Shown: piece after piece, positions 32,768 through 44,942 of the stretch | Layout: every line of letters starts with the position of its first letter | Position numbering within the stretch: position 1 is the first letter of the stretch | Source: Planctomycetota bacterium | Lineage (GTDB): Bacteria; Planctomycetota; Phycisphaerae; Phycisphaerales; SM1A02 | Direction: 5' to 3' | NCBI GenBank assembly: GCA_021414025.1 | Contig: JAIOPG010000007.1 | Location: 54,008 to 118,007 of the forward strand | Length of the DNA: 64,000 nt | Position numbers and translations under genes: made by a program | Notes under the pieces: generated by a model | The model's database searches: none | Seen by the model: only the letters and a program-made list of their open reading frames with translations | What the model was told of the DNA's origin: nothing

Positions 32768-34204
32768 ATGGAAACGCGGAATTTGATCGACGGTCAGTGG
32801 AGGGAGTCCGTTTCGGGGCGGCGCTTCGAGGTCCGCAACCCCGCCACCGACGAGGTCATCGCCGCGGTGCCGATGTGTGGCGCGGCCGAGGCGCGGGCGG
32901 CGCTGGATTCCGCCTTTGCGTTCCAGCCCGAGTGGGAGGCCGAAGCGCCGGATCATCGCGCCGGCATCCTGGAGAGGACCGCGGCGCTGATGGCTGCCAA
33001 GCTGGATTCACTGGCCAACATCATCACTCTGGAATGCGGCAAGCCGCTGGCCGAGGCCCGCCTTGAAGTGCAGTACGCCGCGGATTATTTCTCCAGCGCC
33101 GCCCACGAAATCCGCATGCTCCGCGATGTCGAAGCGCCCCTGAAGCGGCCCGGCGTTCGCGGGGTCGTGCGGATGAGGGGCATCGGAGTCTGCGCTGCGA
33201 TCACCCCCTGGAACTTTCCGCTGGCGATGCTGGCGCGCAAGGCGGCCCCCGCCCTGGCGGCCGGCTGCGTCCAACTGGCCAAACCCGCCGAGGAAACTCC
33301 GCTCTCCTCCTTTGCCCTGGCTGAGATTCTGCTTGAGAGCGAGCTGCCGCCGCGCTGCCTGCACGTGCTCACCGGCGAGCCGCGCGAGATCGCCGCGGCC
33401 TGGCTCGAGGATGGCCGTGTCCGCAAGCTCAGTTTCACCGGCAGCACCGAAACCGGGAGGATTCTTCTTGAGCAATCCGCCAAGCAACTGGTCCGCTGCT
33501 CGATGGAGCTCGGTGGTCACGCGGCCTTCCTGGTGCTCGAGGACGCCGATCTGGACTTGGCCGTGCAGGGCGCCGTGCAAGCCAAGTTCCGCAACGCGGG
33601 CCAGACCTGCATCTGTCCGAACCGTTTCCTGGTGCATCACTCCATCGCCGGCGAGTTCGGCCGGCGCGTCGCGCTCGCCGCAGCAAGCCTGAAGGTCGCC
33701 CCGGGCATGGAGGAGGGTTCACAGATCGGACCGCTCATCAACGAAGCGGCCGTGGCCAAGGTCCGCTCCCATGTGGCGGACGCGATGGCTCGCGGCGGCA
33801 AGATCCTGTGCGGCGGAAAGACCGCGAAACTTCCCGACCGCCCCGATCGCTTTTTCCAGCCCACGGTGATCGCCGAATGCAATCCGGACATGCTCTGCTA
33901 CCGCGAGGAGACCTTCGGCCCCGTGGTACCAATCATGGGCGTCGGTTCACCGAATGAGGCGATCGAGGTCGCGAATTCCAGCCCCTGGGGTCTTGCGGGC
34001 TATGTCTTCGGCGCTTCCGACACCGCGCGCCACGTCGCTGAGCAATTGCAGTGCGGCGTGATCGGCGTCAACGAAGCGGCACCCAGCAACGCCCGCGCTC
34101 CCTTCGGCGGTGTGAAGTGGAGCGGATTCGGCCGCGAAGGCGGCGTCTGGGGCCTGATGGAATATGTCGCCACGCAATATCTGGCGATTCGATCGCGGGA
34201 ATAG
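32768..34204 (+). CDS. gabD: NAD(P)-dependent succinate-semialdehyde / aldehyde dehydrogenase
   Basis: ITPWNFPLAM, ELGGHAAF and the catalytic FRNAGQTCICPNR motifs. Start is taken at METRNLIDGQW, with a TGGAG RBS. The track ORF extends upstream to 32666 and would overlap the divergent gene. Confidence 0.82.
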   Translation: METRNLIDGQWRESVSGRRFEVRNPATDEVIAAVPMCGAAEARAALDSAFAFQPEWEAEAPDHRAGILERTAALMAAKLDSLANIITLECGKPLAEARLEVQYAADYFSSAAHEIRMLRDVEAPLKRPGVRGVVRMRGIGVCAAITPWNFPLAMLARKAAPALAAGCVQLAKPAEETPLSSFALAEILLESELPPRCLHVLTGEPREIAAAWLEDGRVRKLSFTGSTETGRILLEQSAKQLVRCSMELGGHAAFLVLEDADLDLAVQGAVQAKFRNAGQTCICPNRFLVHHSIAGEFGRRVALAAASLKVAPGMEEGSQIGPLINEAAVAKVRSHVADAMARGGKILCGGKTAKLPDRPDRFFQPTVIAECNPDMLCYREETFGPVVPIMGVGSPNEAIEVANSSPWGLAGYVFGASDTARHVAEQLQCGVIGVNEAAPSNARAPFGGVKWSGFGREGGVWGLMEYVATQYLAIRSRE

Positions 34205-34242
34205 GCGGCTCCGTCGAGAACCGCCTATTCCCCGCGTGCGCG

Positions 34243-35604
34243 TCAATCGTCGTCGTCGCTCTCGGCTTCATCCTTCAGCTTCACGGGAGTGCCGGCGGGA
34301 TTGGCCAGGCGCTTGGCCATGACCGTCTTGCGGATCTCGTCCAGAAGCGTCAGGTTCTCCCGCAGGAAGAGCTTGGCGCCTTCGCGGCCCTGGCCCAAAC
34401 GGGTCGGTCCGTAGCTGAACCACGAGCCGCTCTTCTCCACCACGCCCTCGTTCACCGCCATGTCCAGCACGTCGCCCGAGGTCGAGATGCCCTCGTCGAA
34501 CATGATGTCAAACTCCGCCTCGCGGAATGGCGGGGCCATCTTGTTCTTGACCACCTTGGTCTTCACCCGGTTGCCGACGATGCGATCGCCTTCCTTGATC
34601 TGGCCGATCCGGCGAATGTCGATGCGGACCGAGGCGTAGAACTTGAGCGCGCGGCCGCCGGTCGTCGTCTCGGGACTGCCGAACATGACGCCGATTTTTT
34701 CGCGGAGCTGGTTGATGAACACCACGACGCAATCGCTCTTGGATATGGCGCCGGTCAGCTTGCGAAGAGCCTGGCTCATCAGGCGGGCCTGGAGCCCCAT
34801 GTGGCTGTCGCCCATTTCGCCTTCAATCTCGGCCCGCGGAATCAGCGCCGCGACCGAGTCGATCACCACCATGTTGACGGCGTTGGAGCGGACCAGCATT
34901 TCGCAGATTTCCAGCGCCTGCTCGCCCGTGTCCGGTTGCGAAACGAGAATTTCATCCAGATTCACGCCGATGCGCTTCGCCCATGAGGGATCCAGCGCAT
35001 GCTCGGCGTCGATGAACGCGGCCACGCCCCCTTCGCGCTGCGTGTTGGCGATGGCTGTGAGCGCCAGCGTGGTCTTTCCGCTGGACTCCGGCCCGAAGAT
35101 CTCGACCACGCGTCCGCGCGGCAGTCCGCGTCCGCCCAGGGCGAGATCCAGGCTCAGCGCGCCGGTGGAGATGCCCTGGATCGGCGCAGGAAGATTGCCG
35201 TCGAGGCGCATGATGCTTCCCTTGCCATAGGCCTTCTCGATCTGGCCCATCGCCTGATCGATGGCTTTAAATCGGGCCTTCTGATCGCTGGATTCCTTGG
35301 CGCTCTCCTTGGCCGTGGAAGCCTTGTCGGACTTGGGTTCGGACTTCGACTCGATGACTTGCTTGGACATGCCTGGCCTTTCCGTTGCGCTGGCTCCGCC
35401 AATCGCTGCGGCGGGTTTCGCTGCTTGACGATTTGTAGCGGACTCGGGGCTCGACGCCACGGCCGCGCCTGGATTTCCTGACGAGATTCTCGAATTCCCC
35501 GTACCGGCGGCCGTGGCCGCGCGCGGATCCGACTTCGCGTCCTTGCCCGATCCGTTCATGACTCCGCCCTTTGCATCCGCTGCGACTGTGTTTGCTGAAA
35601 CCAT
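34243..35604 (-). CDS. recA: Recombinase RecA (start uncertain; possible low-complexity N-terminal extension)
   Basis: Core motifs: [23 protein letters not shown] Walker [20 protein letters not shown]. The start at 35604 follows a strong AAGGAAGG RBS. Alternatives are 35370 (MSKQV, GGAAAGG RBS, canonical length) and the track start at 35706. Confidence 0.9.
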   Translation of the reverse strand: MVSANTVAADAKGGVMNGSGKDAKSDPRAATAAGTGNSRISSGNPGAAVASSPESATNRQAAKPAAAIGGASATERPGMSKQVIESKSEPKSDKASTAKESAKESSDQKARFKAIDQAMGQIEKAYGKGSIMRLDGNLPAPIQGISTGALSLDLALGGRGLPRGRVVEIFGPESSGKTTLALTAIANTQREGGVAAFIDAEHALDPSWAKRIGVNLDEILVSQPDTGEQALEICEMLVRSNAVNMVVIDSVAALIPRAEIEGEMGDSHMGLQARLMSQALRKLTGAISKSDCVVVFINQLREKIGVMFGSPETTTGGRALKFYASVRIDIRRIGQIKEGDRIVGNRVKTKVVKNKMAPPFREAEFDIMFDEGISTSGDVLDMAVNEGVVEKSGSWFSYGPTRLGQGREGAKLFLRENLTLLDEIRKTVMAKRLANPAGTPVKLKDEAESDDDD

Positions 35605-35838
35605 TGTGTCACCTTCCTTGGTCATTGTTTCTTTTTGAGAAACGAGTTTGAAACCGCCTGAACATTGATTTTCCCTCGCATCTGACCTGCTCCAATGCAG
35701 AATCATCTGTTCGGTATCTGATAGGTACCTGAATCCAATCGGCTCGTCAACCCTTTGTTCGGTAATTTTTAGGGTTGAATTCTTGCGTGAAATCTACCCC
35801 CCATTCAGTCGATTTCGAAAATGGCGGCCCTTTTTCCC

Positions 35839-36816
<978 letters not shown>

Positions 36817-36884
36817 GGAGTAAATGTAGCGAAACCCCTCCAAAACTGCTCGACGGAACGGATCCGGGCGGGGAGGATGCCCTC

Positions 36885-38060
36885 GTGGAACGGCTCTCCT
36901 CCAGCTCAACGCTCGAAGCGGCTCAGTCGAGTCCGCGCGTGGCCCTTGGAGCGATGACCGGCACGAGCCTCGACGCGCTCGACCTGGCGCTGGTGGAGAT
37001 CAAGGACCGCGGACTCTGCTCGCACGCCTCGCTGCTGCACCACCAGACCTTCGACCTGGGCCCGCTGCGACCGCGGCTGCGCGCCGCCTCGCTGGGCAAG
37101 TCGTTTTCAGCGGGCGACTTCCTGCGACTGGCCCTGGACTTTGGAAATTTCCACGCCGCCTGCGCCACGGAGTTGCTCAAGAATTACAACCGCAGCGCCG
37201 GAACCACCGTCTCGGTCAAGGTGGCGGGCCTGCATGGGCAGACCATTTTCCACGCGCCGCCACTCTCGTGGCAGATCATCAATCCCTATCCGGTGGCGCG
37301 GGCTCTGGGCTGTCCGGTTGCCAGCGACCTGCGCGGCGCCGACCTGGCCGCGGGCGGACAGGGCGCGCCCATCACCCCTCTGGCCGACTGGATCCTGTTC
37401 CGTGGGCATCGCCCGCGGACCATCGTCAACCTGGGCGGTTTCTGCAACATCACCTGGCTGCCCTCGAGCGTGGACGACCCCGCCAAGATCAGCGGCTGCG
37501 ACGTCTGCCCCTGCAATCACATCCTCGACCACGCCGCCAAGCTGGCTCTGGACATTGACTTCGATCCTGAAGGAAGCAACGCCGCCAAGGGCAGCGTCCA
37601 CCCCGCGGCCGAGAGCGCCCTGACCCAGTCTCTGAAGAAATTGACGGCCCAGAACCGCTCCCTCGGCAGCGGCGACGAGGGCTTCGAATGGGTCAATCAA
37701 TGGGCTTCTCAGCTGACCTCGTGCGACCTGCTGGCGACCGCGGTGAACGCCCTGGCGCGGGCGATCGCCACGTCGATCACCTCCAGCGCCACGCCGTCGC
37801 AGGAGGTGCTGCTGGCCGGAGGCGGGGCGCTCAATGCCACGCTGGCACAAAAAATCGCTGAGTTCGTCAACCAGCCGGTCTACAACACGCAGGTCGCCGC
37901 GGCGATCCATGTCTCCGCGCGGGAGTCGGTGGCGATGGCGGTGCTGGCCGCGCTGGCGTGGGACGGTTATCCAACCACGCTCTCCAGCGTCACACATCGC
38001 GGCGCATCCAATTGCCGCGACGGACTCTGGTGCCTGCCCAGAGACGAAACACAATCTTAA
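36885..38060 (+). CDS. anmK: Anhydro-N-acetylmuramic acid kinase
   Basis: [13 protein letters not shown]-terminal motif and [17 protein letters not shown]. Alternative GTG start at 36939. Confidence 0.82.
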   Translation: MERLSSSSTLEAAQSSPRVALGAMTGTSLDALDLALVEIKDRGLCSHASLLHHQTFDLGPLRPRLRAASLGKSFSAGDFLRLALDFGNFHAACATELLKNYNRSAGTTVSVKVAGLHGQTIFHAPPLSWQIINPYPVARALGCPVASDLRGADLAAGGQGAPITPLADWILFRGHRPRTIVNLGGFCNITWLPSSVDDPAKISGCDVCPCNHILDHAAKLALDIDFDPEGSNAAKGSVHPAAESALTQSLKKLTAQNRSLGSGDEGFEWVNQWASQLTSCDLLATAVNALARAIATSITSSATPSQEVLLAGGGALNATLAQKIAEFVNQPVYNTQVAAAIHVSARESVAMAVLAALAWDGYPTTLSSVTHRGASNCRDGLWCLPRDETQS

Positions 38061-38106
38061 CCAAATCAAAATCGGCACCAAGCCCAAGGAGTTCTAACTT
38101 CGAGCC

Positions 38107-38816
<710 letters not shown>

Positions 38817-38820
<4 letters not shown>

Positions 38821-40172
38821 AACCCATCGCCTCCTCCGCACTCGGCTGGTTCGCAACGGCGCTGATCGCGATCGGCGCCTGGGCCGCCTTCGCGCCGGAG
38901 ACCGCCGCGGTGATCGCCATCGCCGCCGTGCTGCTGGCCGGAATCCAGCAGATGCGCCTTGCCGCCGACGTGGAGCGGCTCAACGACGCCCTGCGCCGCG
39001 CCCGCACCGGCGCCGCCGCAACCAGCTTTCCGATCTTTCGCCGGCCGCTTCTTTCGCAGCTCTCGCAGCAATGCGCCTCGGTCTCCGAGCAGCACGACCG
39101 CGCCCGGCGCGACCTGGAGAGCGAGCGTCTGCAGCGCCAGCTCTTCGAGCAGTCGATGCGCGACGGTCTGGTGGTGCTGGACGCCCAGCAGCGCGTCCTC
39201 TCCGCCAACGCCGCGGCGGCGCGCCTGCTGGGCTTCGACGCCGCCACCGCGCCGGGACGCCTCTTCCAGGAACTCGGCCGCATTCCCGAGGTCAACGCCA
39301 TGCTCGAGGCCAGCTACCGCGACGGCGAGCGGCGGCATGGCCTGATGGAGCCCTCCACGTCGCCGGGCTCGATCGTGGATGCCGCCGTCGAGACGCTGCG
39401 CGACGAGTGGCAACAACCGGTCGGCGCGCTGCTGCTGGTGGCGGACGTCACCTCGGAGCAGCGCCTGGAGCGGATGCGCAGCGATTTTGCGGCCAATGTG
39501 AGCCACGAGCTGCGCACGCCGATCACCAACATCAAGGGCTACATCGAGACGATCCAGCAGATCGGATTCGCCGACGAGGGGCAGGTGCACCGCTTCCTGG
39601 AGATCGTCGAGCGCAACGCCTCGCGGCTGGCGGCGCTGGTGGAGGATCTGCTCTCCATCTCGTTCCTGGAGTCCCCCAACACCCGGGAGCGCATCACCAT
39701 GGCGAGCACCCCGGTGAACCAGCTCATCGACTGGGTCGACGCCGAGCTCGGCCTGGCCGCCGAGGCCCGCGGCGTCACGCTCAAGCGCGACCTCCAACCC
39801 GGCCTGCGCCTGCACGCCAACGCGCTGCTGATCGAACAGGCGATCGGCAACCTGGTCAGCAACGCCATCCGCTACGCGCCGCGCGGATCGGCAATCGAGA
39901 TCACCGCCCGCGCGAGCGACGAGGAGGGCGGAGGCATGGCGCGGATCACCGTTGTGGACCAGGGCCCGGGCATTCACGAGAAGCACCTGCCGAGATTGTT
40001 CGAGCGCTTCTACCGCGTGGACACGGCGCGGAGCCGCGACGAGGGAGGCACCGGCCTGGGACTGGCGATCGTGAAGCACATCGCCATGGTGCATGGCGGC
40101 GAAGTCTCCGTGGAAAGCGCGATCGGCCGCGGCAGCCGCTTCTGCCTCGCCATTCCAGTCGCGAAAACGTGA
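38817..40172 (+). CDS. phoR: Sensor histidine kinase (PhoR-like)
   Basis: ATGA overlap with the regulator gene. Two N-terminal TM helices, PAS-like region, H-box FAANVSHELRTPITNIKGY, N-box NLVSNAIRYA, G-boxes DQGPGI and GGTGLGLAIVKH. Confidence 0.85.
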
Positions 40173-40214
40173 GTCCCCATGAAATCAGACAAATTGCCCA
40201 ATTCCAACGACCTT

Positions 40215-40232
40215 CTTAACCAAACCTGAACG
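40215..40232 (+). promoter_or_regulatory. Candidate Pho box upstream of pstS
   Basis: Two 7-nt direct repeats, CTTAACC and CTGAACG, separated by the A-rich 4-nt spacer AAAC. This gives the 11-bp periodicity of PhoB sites. It lies about 62 nt upstream of the pstS ATG. Pattern only. Confidence 0.25.
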
Positions 40233-40294
40233 AAGTCCGGCGACTCTACTCCCGCGTCGAAGATCCAACACCCCACCTGCCCCAAGGATTACCC

Positions 40295-41293
40295 ATGAGA
40301 CTCCCAGCTTCGCTCGCCCTCTCCTTCCTGGCCCTTCCCCTGGCGCTGGCCGCCGCGCTGCAAACCGCGGATGCGGACCTCTCCAAGCTGACCGGCTCGA
40401 TCAAGGTGGACGGCTCCTCGACCGTTTATCCGATCACCGAGGCGGTGGCCGAGGATTTCCAGGCAAGGGCCCCTAAGTCGCGGCCCACCGTGGGCATCAG
40501 CGGCACCGGCGGCGGCTTCAAGCGATTCTGCGCGGGCGAGACCGACATCTCCAATGCGAGCCGGCCGATCACCCAATCGGAAGTGGAGATGGCCAAGAAC
40601 AACAAGATCGACTTCATCGAGATCCCGGTCGCCTTCGACGGCCTTTCGATCGTGGTCAATCCCGCCAACACCTGGGTCACGGAGCTCAAGGTCGACCAGA
40701 TCAAGAAGATCTTCACTGCCGACAATCCCGCCAAGAAATGGTCCGACCTGAATCCCGCCTGGCCCGCCGAGACGATCAAGGTGTTCAGTCCCGGCACCGA
40801 CAGCGGAACCTTCGACTATTTCAAGGAGGCGACGGTCGGCAAGGAGGGCAAGATCCGCTCCGATCTCTCGGTGAGCGAGGATGACAACGTGCTGGTGACC
40901 GGCGTCGCCGGCGACAAGAACGCGATCGGCTACTTCGGCTTCGCCTACTACAGCGAGAACCAGAGCAAGCTCAAGCTGGTGCCCGTCGACGGCGGCAAGG
41001 GAGCGGTCACGCCCAATGCCAAGACCATCGAGGATGGAACCTACACCCCGTTCAGCCGCCCGCTCTTCATCTATGTCAACGCAAAATCCGCCCAGCGGCC
41101 GGAGATCGCGGCCTTCGTCGACTTCTATGTCGCCAACACCGCCAAGCTTTCCAAGCAGGTCGGCTACACGCCGCTGCCAACGGCCATCACCGACCGCGCC
41201 GCGGCGAACTGGAAGGCGCGCAAGCCGGGAACCCAGTACCTCGACGCGGGCGGCAACAAGGTGCAGGGACCGATCTTGAGCGTCTACAAATAA
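40295..41293 (+). CDS. pstS: Phosphate ABC transporter substrate-binding protein
   Basis: Signal peptide, then GSIKVDGSSTVYPITEAVAEDF and SGTGGGFKRF motifs typical of PstS. Confidence 0.9.
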   Translation: MRLPASLALSFLALPLALAAALQTADADLSKLTGSIKVDGSSTVYPITEAVAEDFQARAPKSRPTVGISGTGGGFKRFCAGETDISNASRPITQSEVEMAKNNKIDFIEIPVAFDGLSIVVNPANTWVTELKVDQIKKIFTADNPAKKWSDLNPAWPAETIKVFSPGTDSGTFDYFKEATVGKEGKIRSDLSVSEDDNVLVTGVAGDKNAIGYFGFAYYSENQSKLKLVPVDGGKGAVTPNAKTIEDGTYTPFSRPLFIYVNAKSAQRPEIAAFVDFYVANTAKLSKQVGYTPLPTAITDRAAANWKARKPGTQYLDAGGNKVQGPILSVYK

Positions 41294-41303
41294 TCCGCCG
41301 ATC

Positions 41304-42287
41304 TTGATGAACGCACTCTCCGCCCAAGCCGCCTCCTCCGCGGCCGCCCTCGCGCGGCGCGGCACGCCGCGCTCCACGCTGGTGCGCAACCTCTGGGAGA
41401 GGGCGATTCGCGGAGTGCTGGGGGTGACCGCGATCATCAGCGTTGCGATCACGGTGGGCATCATCGCCATCCTGCTGCGCGAGACCGTCGCCTTCATCCA
41501 GCTGCCCGAGATCGAGCTGACGGATTTCCTCTTCGGGACGACCTGGAGTCCGCTGCTGGGCGCCGAGAAGCATTTCGGCATCTGGCCGCTGATCTGCGGC
41601 ACCTTCCTGGTCGCCGCGGTCGCCGCCGTCACCGCCATTCCGCTGGGCTTGATCACCGCGATCTACATGAGCGAGTACGCCACGCCGCGAAGTCGCGCCA
41701 TCCTGAAGCCCGTCATCGAGATCCTGGCCGGCGTGCCCACCGTGGTCTACGGCTTTTTCGCGCTGCTGGTGATCACGCCGGCGCTGCAGAGCGCCTGCAA
41801 TTTTCTTTTTGGCACGCAGGTCTTCTCCGGCTACAACGCCGGCGCTGCGGGCATCGCGGTGGGCATCATGATCCTGCCCATCGTGGCCTCGATGAGTGAG
41901 GACGCCATGCAGTCGGTGCCGCGTTCGCTGCGCGAGGGGGCCTATGCCCTGGGCAGCACCAAGTTCGACGTGAGCATGAAGGTGGTGACGCCGGCGGCGC
42001 TGAGCGGCATCATGGCCAGCTGCTTCCTGGCGATCACGCGTGCCATCGGCGAGACCATGGTGGTGGCGCTGGCCGCGGGCGGGCTGGCCCACATGACGCT
42101 CAACCCCGCGGACCAGGTGCAGACCATGACGGCATACATGGTGCAGATCTTTTTGGGCGACGCTCCGGCCTTCGGCGTGGAAAACCTCTCCAGCTACGCA
42201 GTGGCGATGGTGCTGTTTACGCTCACGCTCGTGCTGTCCATCGCGGGCAACCTGCTGCTGAAGCGCTTCCGCGAGGCCTACGAATGA
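41304..42287 (+). CDS. pstC: Phosphate ABC transporter permease PstC
   Basis: Six-TM permease with an EAA-like loop (SLREGAYALGSTKFDV). Its position in the pst operon fits. Confidence 0.9.
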   Translation: MMNALSAQAASSAAALARRGTPRSTLVRNLWERAIRGVLGVTAIISVAITVGIIAILLRETVAFIQLPEIELTDFLFGTTWSPLLGAEKHFGIWPLICGTFLVAAVAAVTAIPLGLITAIYMSEYATPRSRAILKPVIEILAGVPTVVYGFFALLVITPALQSACNFLFGTQVFSGYNAGAAGIAVGIMILPIVASMSEDAMQSVPRSLREGAYALGSTKFDVSMKVVTPAALSGIMASCFLAITRAIGETMVVALAAGGLAHMTLNPADQVQTMTAYMVQIFLGDAPAFGVENLSSYAVAMVLFTLTLVLSIAGNLLLKRFREAYE

Positions 42288-43297
42288 ACGCCGCGGCACC
42301 GCACACTTCGCTCCGCGCCCGGCGCGTCTTCAAGAATCGCGCGTTTCTGGCGCTCTGCCTGGCCAGCACCACGCTGGCCATTGTGATCCTGGCCATCCTG
42401 ATCCTCTCGATCGTGATGCAGGGGTCGCACTTTCTTTTCAACAGCGAGGCCGCGGGCGCCGTCTTCGGCCACGGCGACCTCACGCAACTCACCCGCATCG
42501 TGCGCTGGGAATTTCTCACCAACTTCGCCAGCCGCCGGCCGGAGAACGCCGGCATCTATGCGGCGATCATCGGCACGGTGTGGGTCTGCGGCATCTGCGC
42601 GGCGCTCACCCTGCCGCTGGGCATCGGCACGGCGATCTATCTGGAGGAGTTCGCACCCAAGAACCGCTGGACCGCGCTGATCGACTTCAACATCCGCAAC
42701 CTCGCGGGCGTGCCGAGCATCGTCTACGGCATTCTGGGTCTGACCGCCTTCACGCGCATGTTCGGCCTCTTCGGCAGCGACCGCAACGCCGCATGGAGCT
42801 TCGGCCCAGCCGACGCGTGGTGGCATTTCCAATTGCCCTTCGGCCAGGGGCTGCTCGCGGGCGGATTGACGCTGATGCTGGTGGTGCTGCCGATCGTGAT
42901 CATCTCCAGCCGCGAGGCGCTGCGCGCCGTGCCCTCGAGCCTGCGGCAGGCGAGCCTGGCCATCGGCGCCACGCCCTGGCAGACGGTTTCGCGCATCACC
43001 TTGCCCGCGGCATTGCCCAGCATTCTGACCGGCGCCATCCTGGCCATGAGCCGCGCCGTCGGCGAGGCCGCCCCGCTGCTGGTGCTGGGCATCCCGGTGT
43101 TCATCGCCAGCACACCGGATAACCTCACCGATAGTTTCACCGTGCTTCCCTTTCAAATCTTCAACTGGGCGGGTCGGCCGCAGGAGGCCTTCCACCAGCT
43201 CGCCGCTTCCGCGATCGTGATCCTGCTCCTCGTGCTGATCTGCTTCAATGGCATCGCGGTCTATCTTCGACAGAAGCTCCGCAAGCCGCTCGCCTGA
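42284..43297 (+). CDS. pstA: Phosphate ABC transporter permease PstA
   Basis: 4-nt overlap with pstC. Permease with the loop [16 protein letters not shown]. Confidence 0.9.
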   Translation: MNAAAPHTSLRARRVFKNRAFLALCLASTTLAIVILAILILSIVMQGSHFLFNSEAAGAVFGHGDLTQLTRIVRWEFLTNFASRRPENAGIYAAIIGTVWVCGICAALTLPLGIGTAIYLEEFAPKNRWTALIDFNIRNLAGVPSIVYGILGLTAFTRMFGLFGSDRNAAWSFGPADAWWHFQLPFGQGLLAGGLTLMLVVLPIVIISSREALRAVPSSLRQASLAIGATPWQTVSRITLPAALPSILTGAILAMSRAVGEAAPLLVLGIPVFIASTPDNLTDSFTVLPFQIFNWAGRPQEAFHQLAASAIVILLLVLICFNGIAVYLRQKLRKPLA

Positions 43298-43299
43298 AC

Positions 43300-44148
43300 A
43301 TGCCGCTGCAAGACTTCAAACCCATGCCCGACCGAACCGCACCCATTCTTGCCAAACCCGCCGCGATCTCCGCGCCCGGAACGCCCGGCGCCGAGCAGGT
43401 CACGGTGCGGGCAAAGGATTTCAACGCTTGGTACGGCACATTCCAAGCGCTGCACAAGATCACGCTGGACATTCCCTCGCAGCGGGTGACTTCGTTGATC
43501 GGTCCCTCCGGCTGCGGCAAGAGCACTTTCCTGCGCTGGATCAACCGCATGAACGACCTGGTGCCCAGCGCTCGCGCCGAAGGCGTGCTGCTGCTGGATC
43601 ACGACGACGTGTTGGACACGGCCTTCGATGTGGTCGAGCTGCGCCGCCGCGTGGGCATGGTCTTCCAGAAGCCCAATCCATTTCCCAAGAGCATCTACGA
43701 GAACATCGCCTTCGGGCCGCGCTTGCACAAGCGCTTCCACCGCAGCGAGCTGGACGCGCTGGTCGAGGCCAGCCTTCGCGCCGCGGCGATCTGGGACGAG
43801 GTCAAGGATCGCCTGCATCAAAGCGCGTTGGGACTCTCGGGCGGCCAGCAGCAGCGGCTCTGCATCGCCCGCGCCATCGCGGTCGGTCCCGAAGTGCTTT
43901 TGATGGACGAGCCCTGCTCGGCGCTGGATCCGCGCAGCACCGCCAGCGTGGAGGCCCTGATCCGCGAGCTGCGCCAGACCTTCACCATCGTGGTGGTGAC
44001 GCACAACATGCAGCAGGCCGCCCGCGTGAGCGACCTCACCGCCTTCTTCTTCGAGGGCAAGCTGGTCGAGGCGGGCCCGACCGACGGCATCTTCACCAAT
44101 CCCAGGAACAAGCAGACGGAGGATTACGTGACCGGCCGCTTTGGCTGA
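43300..44148 (+). CDS. pstB: Phosphate ABC transporter ATP-binding protein
   Basis: Walker [10 protein letters not shown], signature [14 protein letters not shown], Walker [12 protein letters not shown], and the PstB-typical [16 protein letters not shown]. Confidence 0.95.
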   Translation: MPLQDFKPMPDRTAPILAKPAAISAPGTPGAEQVTVRAKDFNAWYGTFQALHKITLDIPSQRVTSLIGPSGCGKSTFLRWINRMNDLVPSARAEGVLLLDHDDVLDTAFDVVELRRRVGMVFQKPNPFPKSIYENIAFGPRLHKRFHRSELDALVEASLRAAAIWDEVKDRLHQSALGLSGGQQQRLCIARAIAVGPEVLLMDEPCSALDPRSTASVEALIRELRQTFTIVVVTHNMQQAARVSDLTAFFFEGKLVEAGPTDGIFTNPRNKQTEDYVTGRFG

Positions 44149-44181
44149 GCCGGCGCACTCCACGATTCAGAGGAACCCACA

Positions 44182-44841
44182 ATGGCAGTCGATCTTCGAA
44201 ATGAAATGGTGGATTTGCGGCGCAACCTGCTGGCCATGGGGGCCATGGTGGAGCAGCGCGTCACGCGCGTGATCGAGGTGATGATCGACGGCGACTTGCA
44301 GCTGGCCGAGGTGGTCCGCGCCGGCGACGCCGAGGTGGACCAGATGGAGCTGGAACTGGAGGCGACCTGCATGCGGCTGCTGGCCCTGGCCCAGCCGGTC
44401 GCGGGTGATTTGCGGCTGATTCTCGCGGTCATCCGCATCAGCAACGAGCTGGAGCGCATCGCGGATCTCGCCCGCGGCATCGCCAAGAAACTCATCAAGC
44501 TCGGGGCCACCGACGGACCCGCACTGCCGCCGGCCATGATCGACCTGGCCTTCGCCAGCCGCACGATGCTCAGCGATGTGCTGGCCGCCATGGCCAACGA
44601 GGACGCCTCGCTCTGCCGGCAGGTGCGCCGCGCCGACCAGCGCGTGGACGACTTGCACAAGGAAGTGCTGCTCTGGGCAAGGCAGGAAATTCCTCGCGAT
44701 GTCGCCACCTCGGGACAGACCATCGAGATGCTCACCATCGCTCAGCGCTTCGAGCGCATCGCCGACATGACCACCAACATCGCCGAGGATGTGATCTTCC
44801 TGGTCGAGGGGCGGATCGTGCGGCACACGCCGGATGAATAG
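44182..44841 (+). CDS. phoU: Phosphate signalling complex protein PhoU
   Basis: Two PhoU repeats with the E(R)IAD motifs NELERIADLA and RFERIADMTTNIAEDV. Confidence 0.9.
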   Translation: MAVDLRNEMVDLRRNLLAMGAMVEQRVTRVIEVMIDGDLQLAEVVRAGDAEVDQMELELEATCMRLLALAQPVAGDLRLILAVIRISNELERIADLARGIAKKLIKLGATDGPALPPAMIDLAFASRTMLSDVLAAMANEDASLCRQVRRADQRVDDLHKEVLLWARQEIPRDVATSGQTIEMLTIAQRFERIADMTTNIAEDVIFLVEGRIVRHTPDE

Positions 44842-44942
44842 GCTGAGTGTCCGTTGTTATTTCGGACTTTCTGAAATCACTTTTTTCGCCAAATCTCAGA
44901 TTTTCCCCCTGTGAAGCATGGATCTGGGTCCATAATGGGGTG

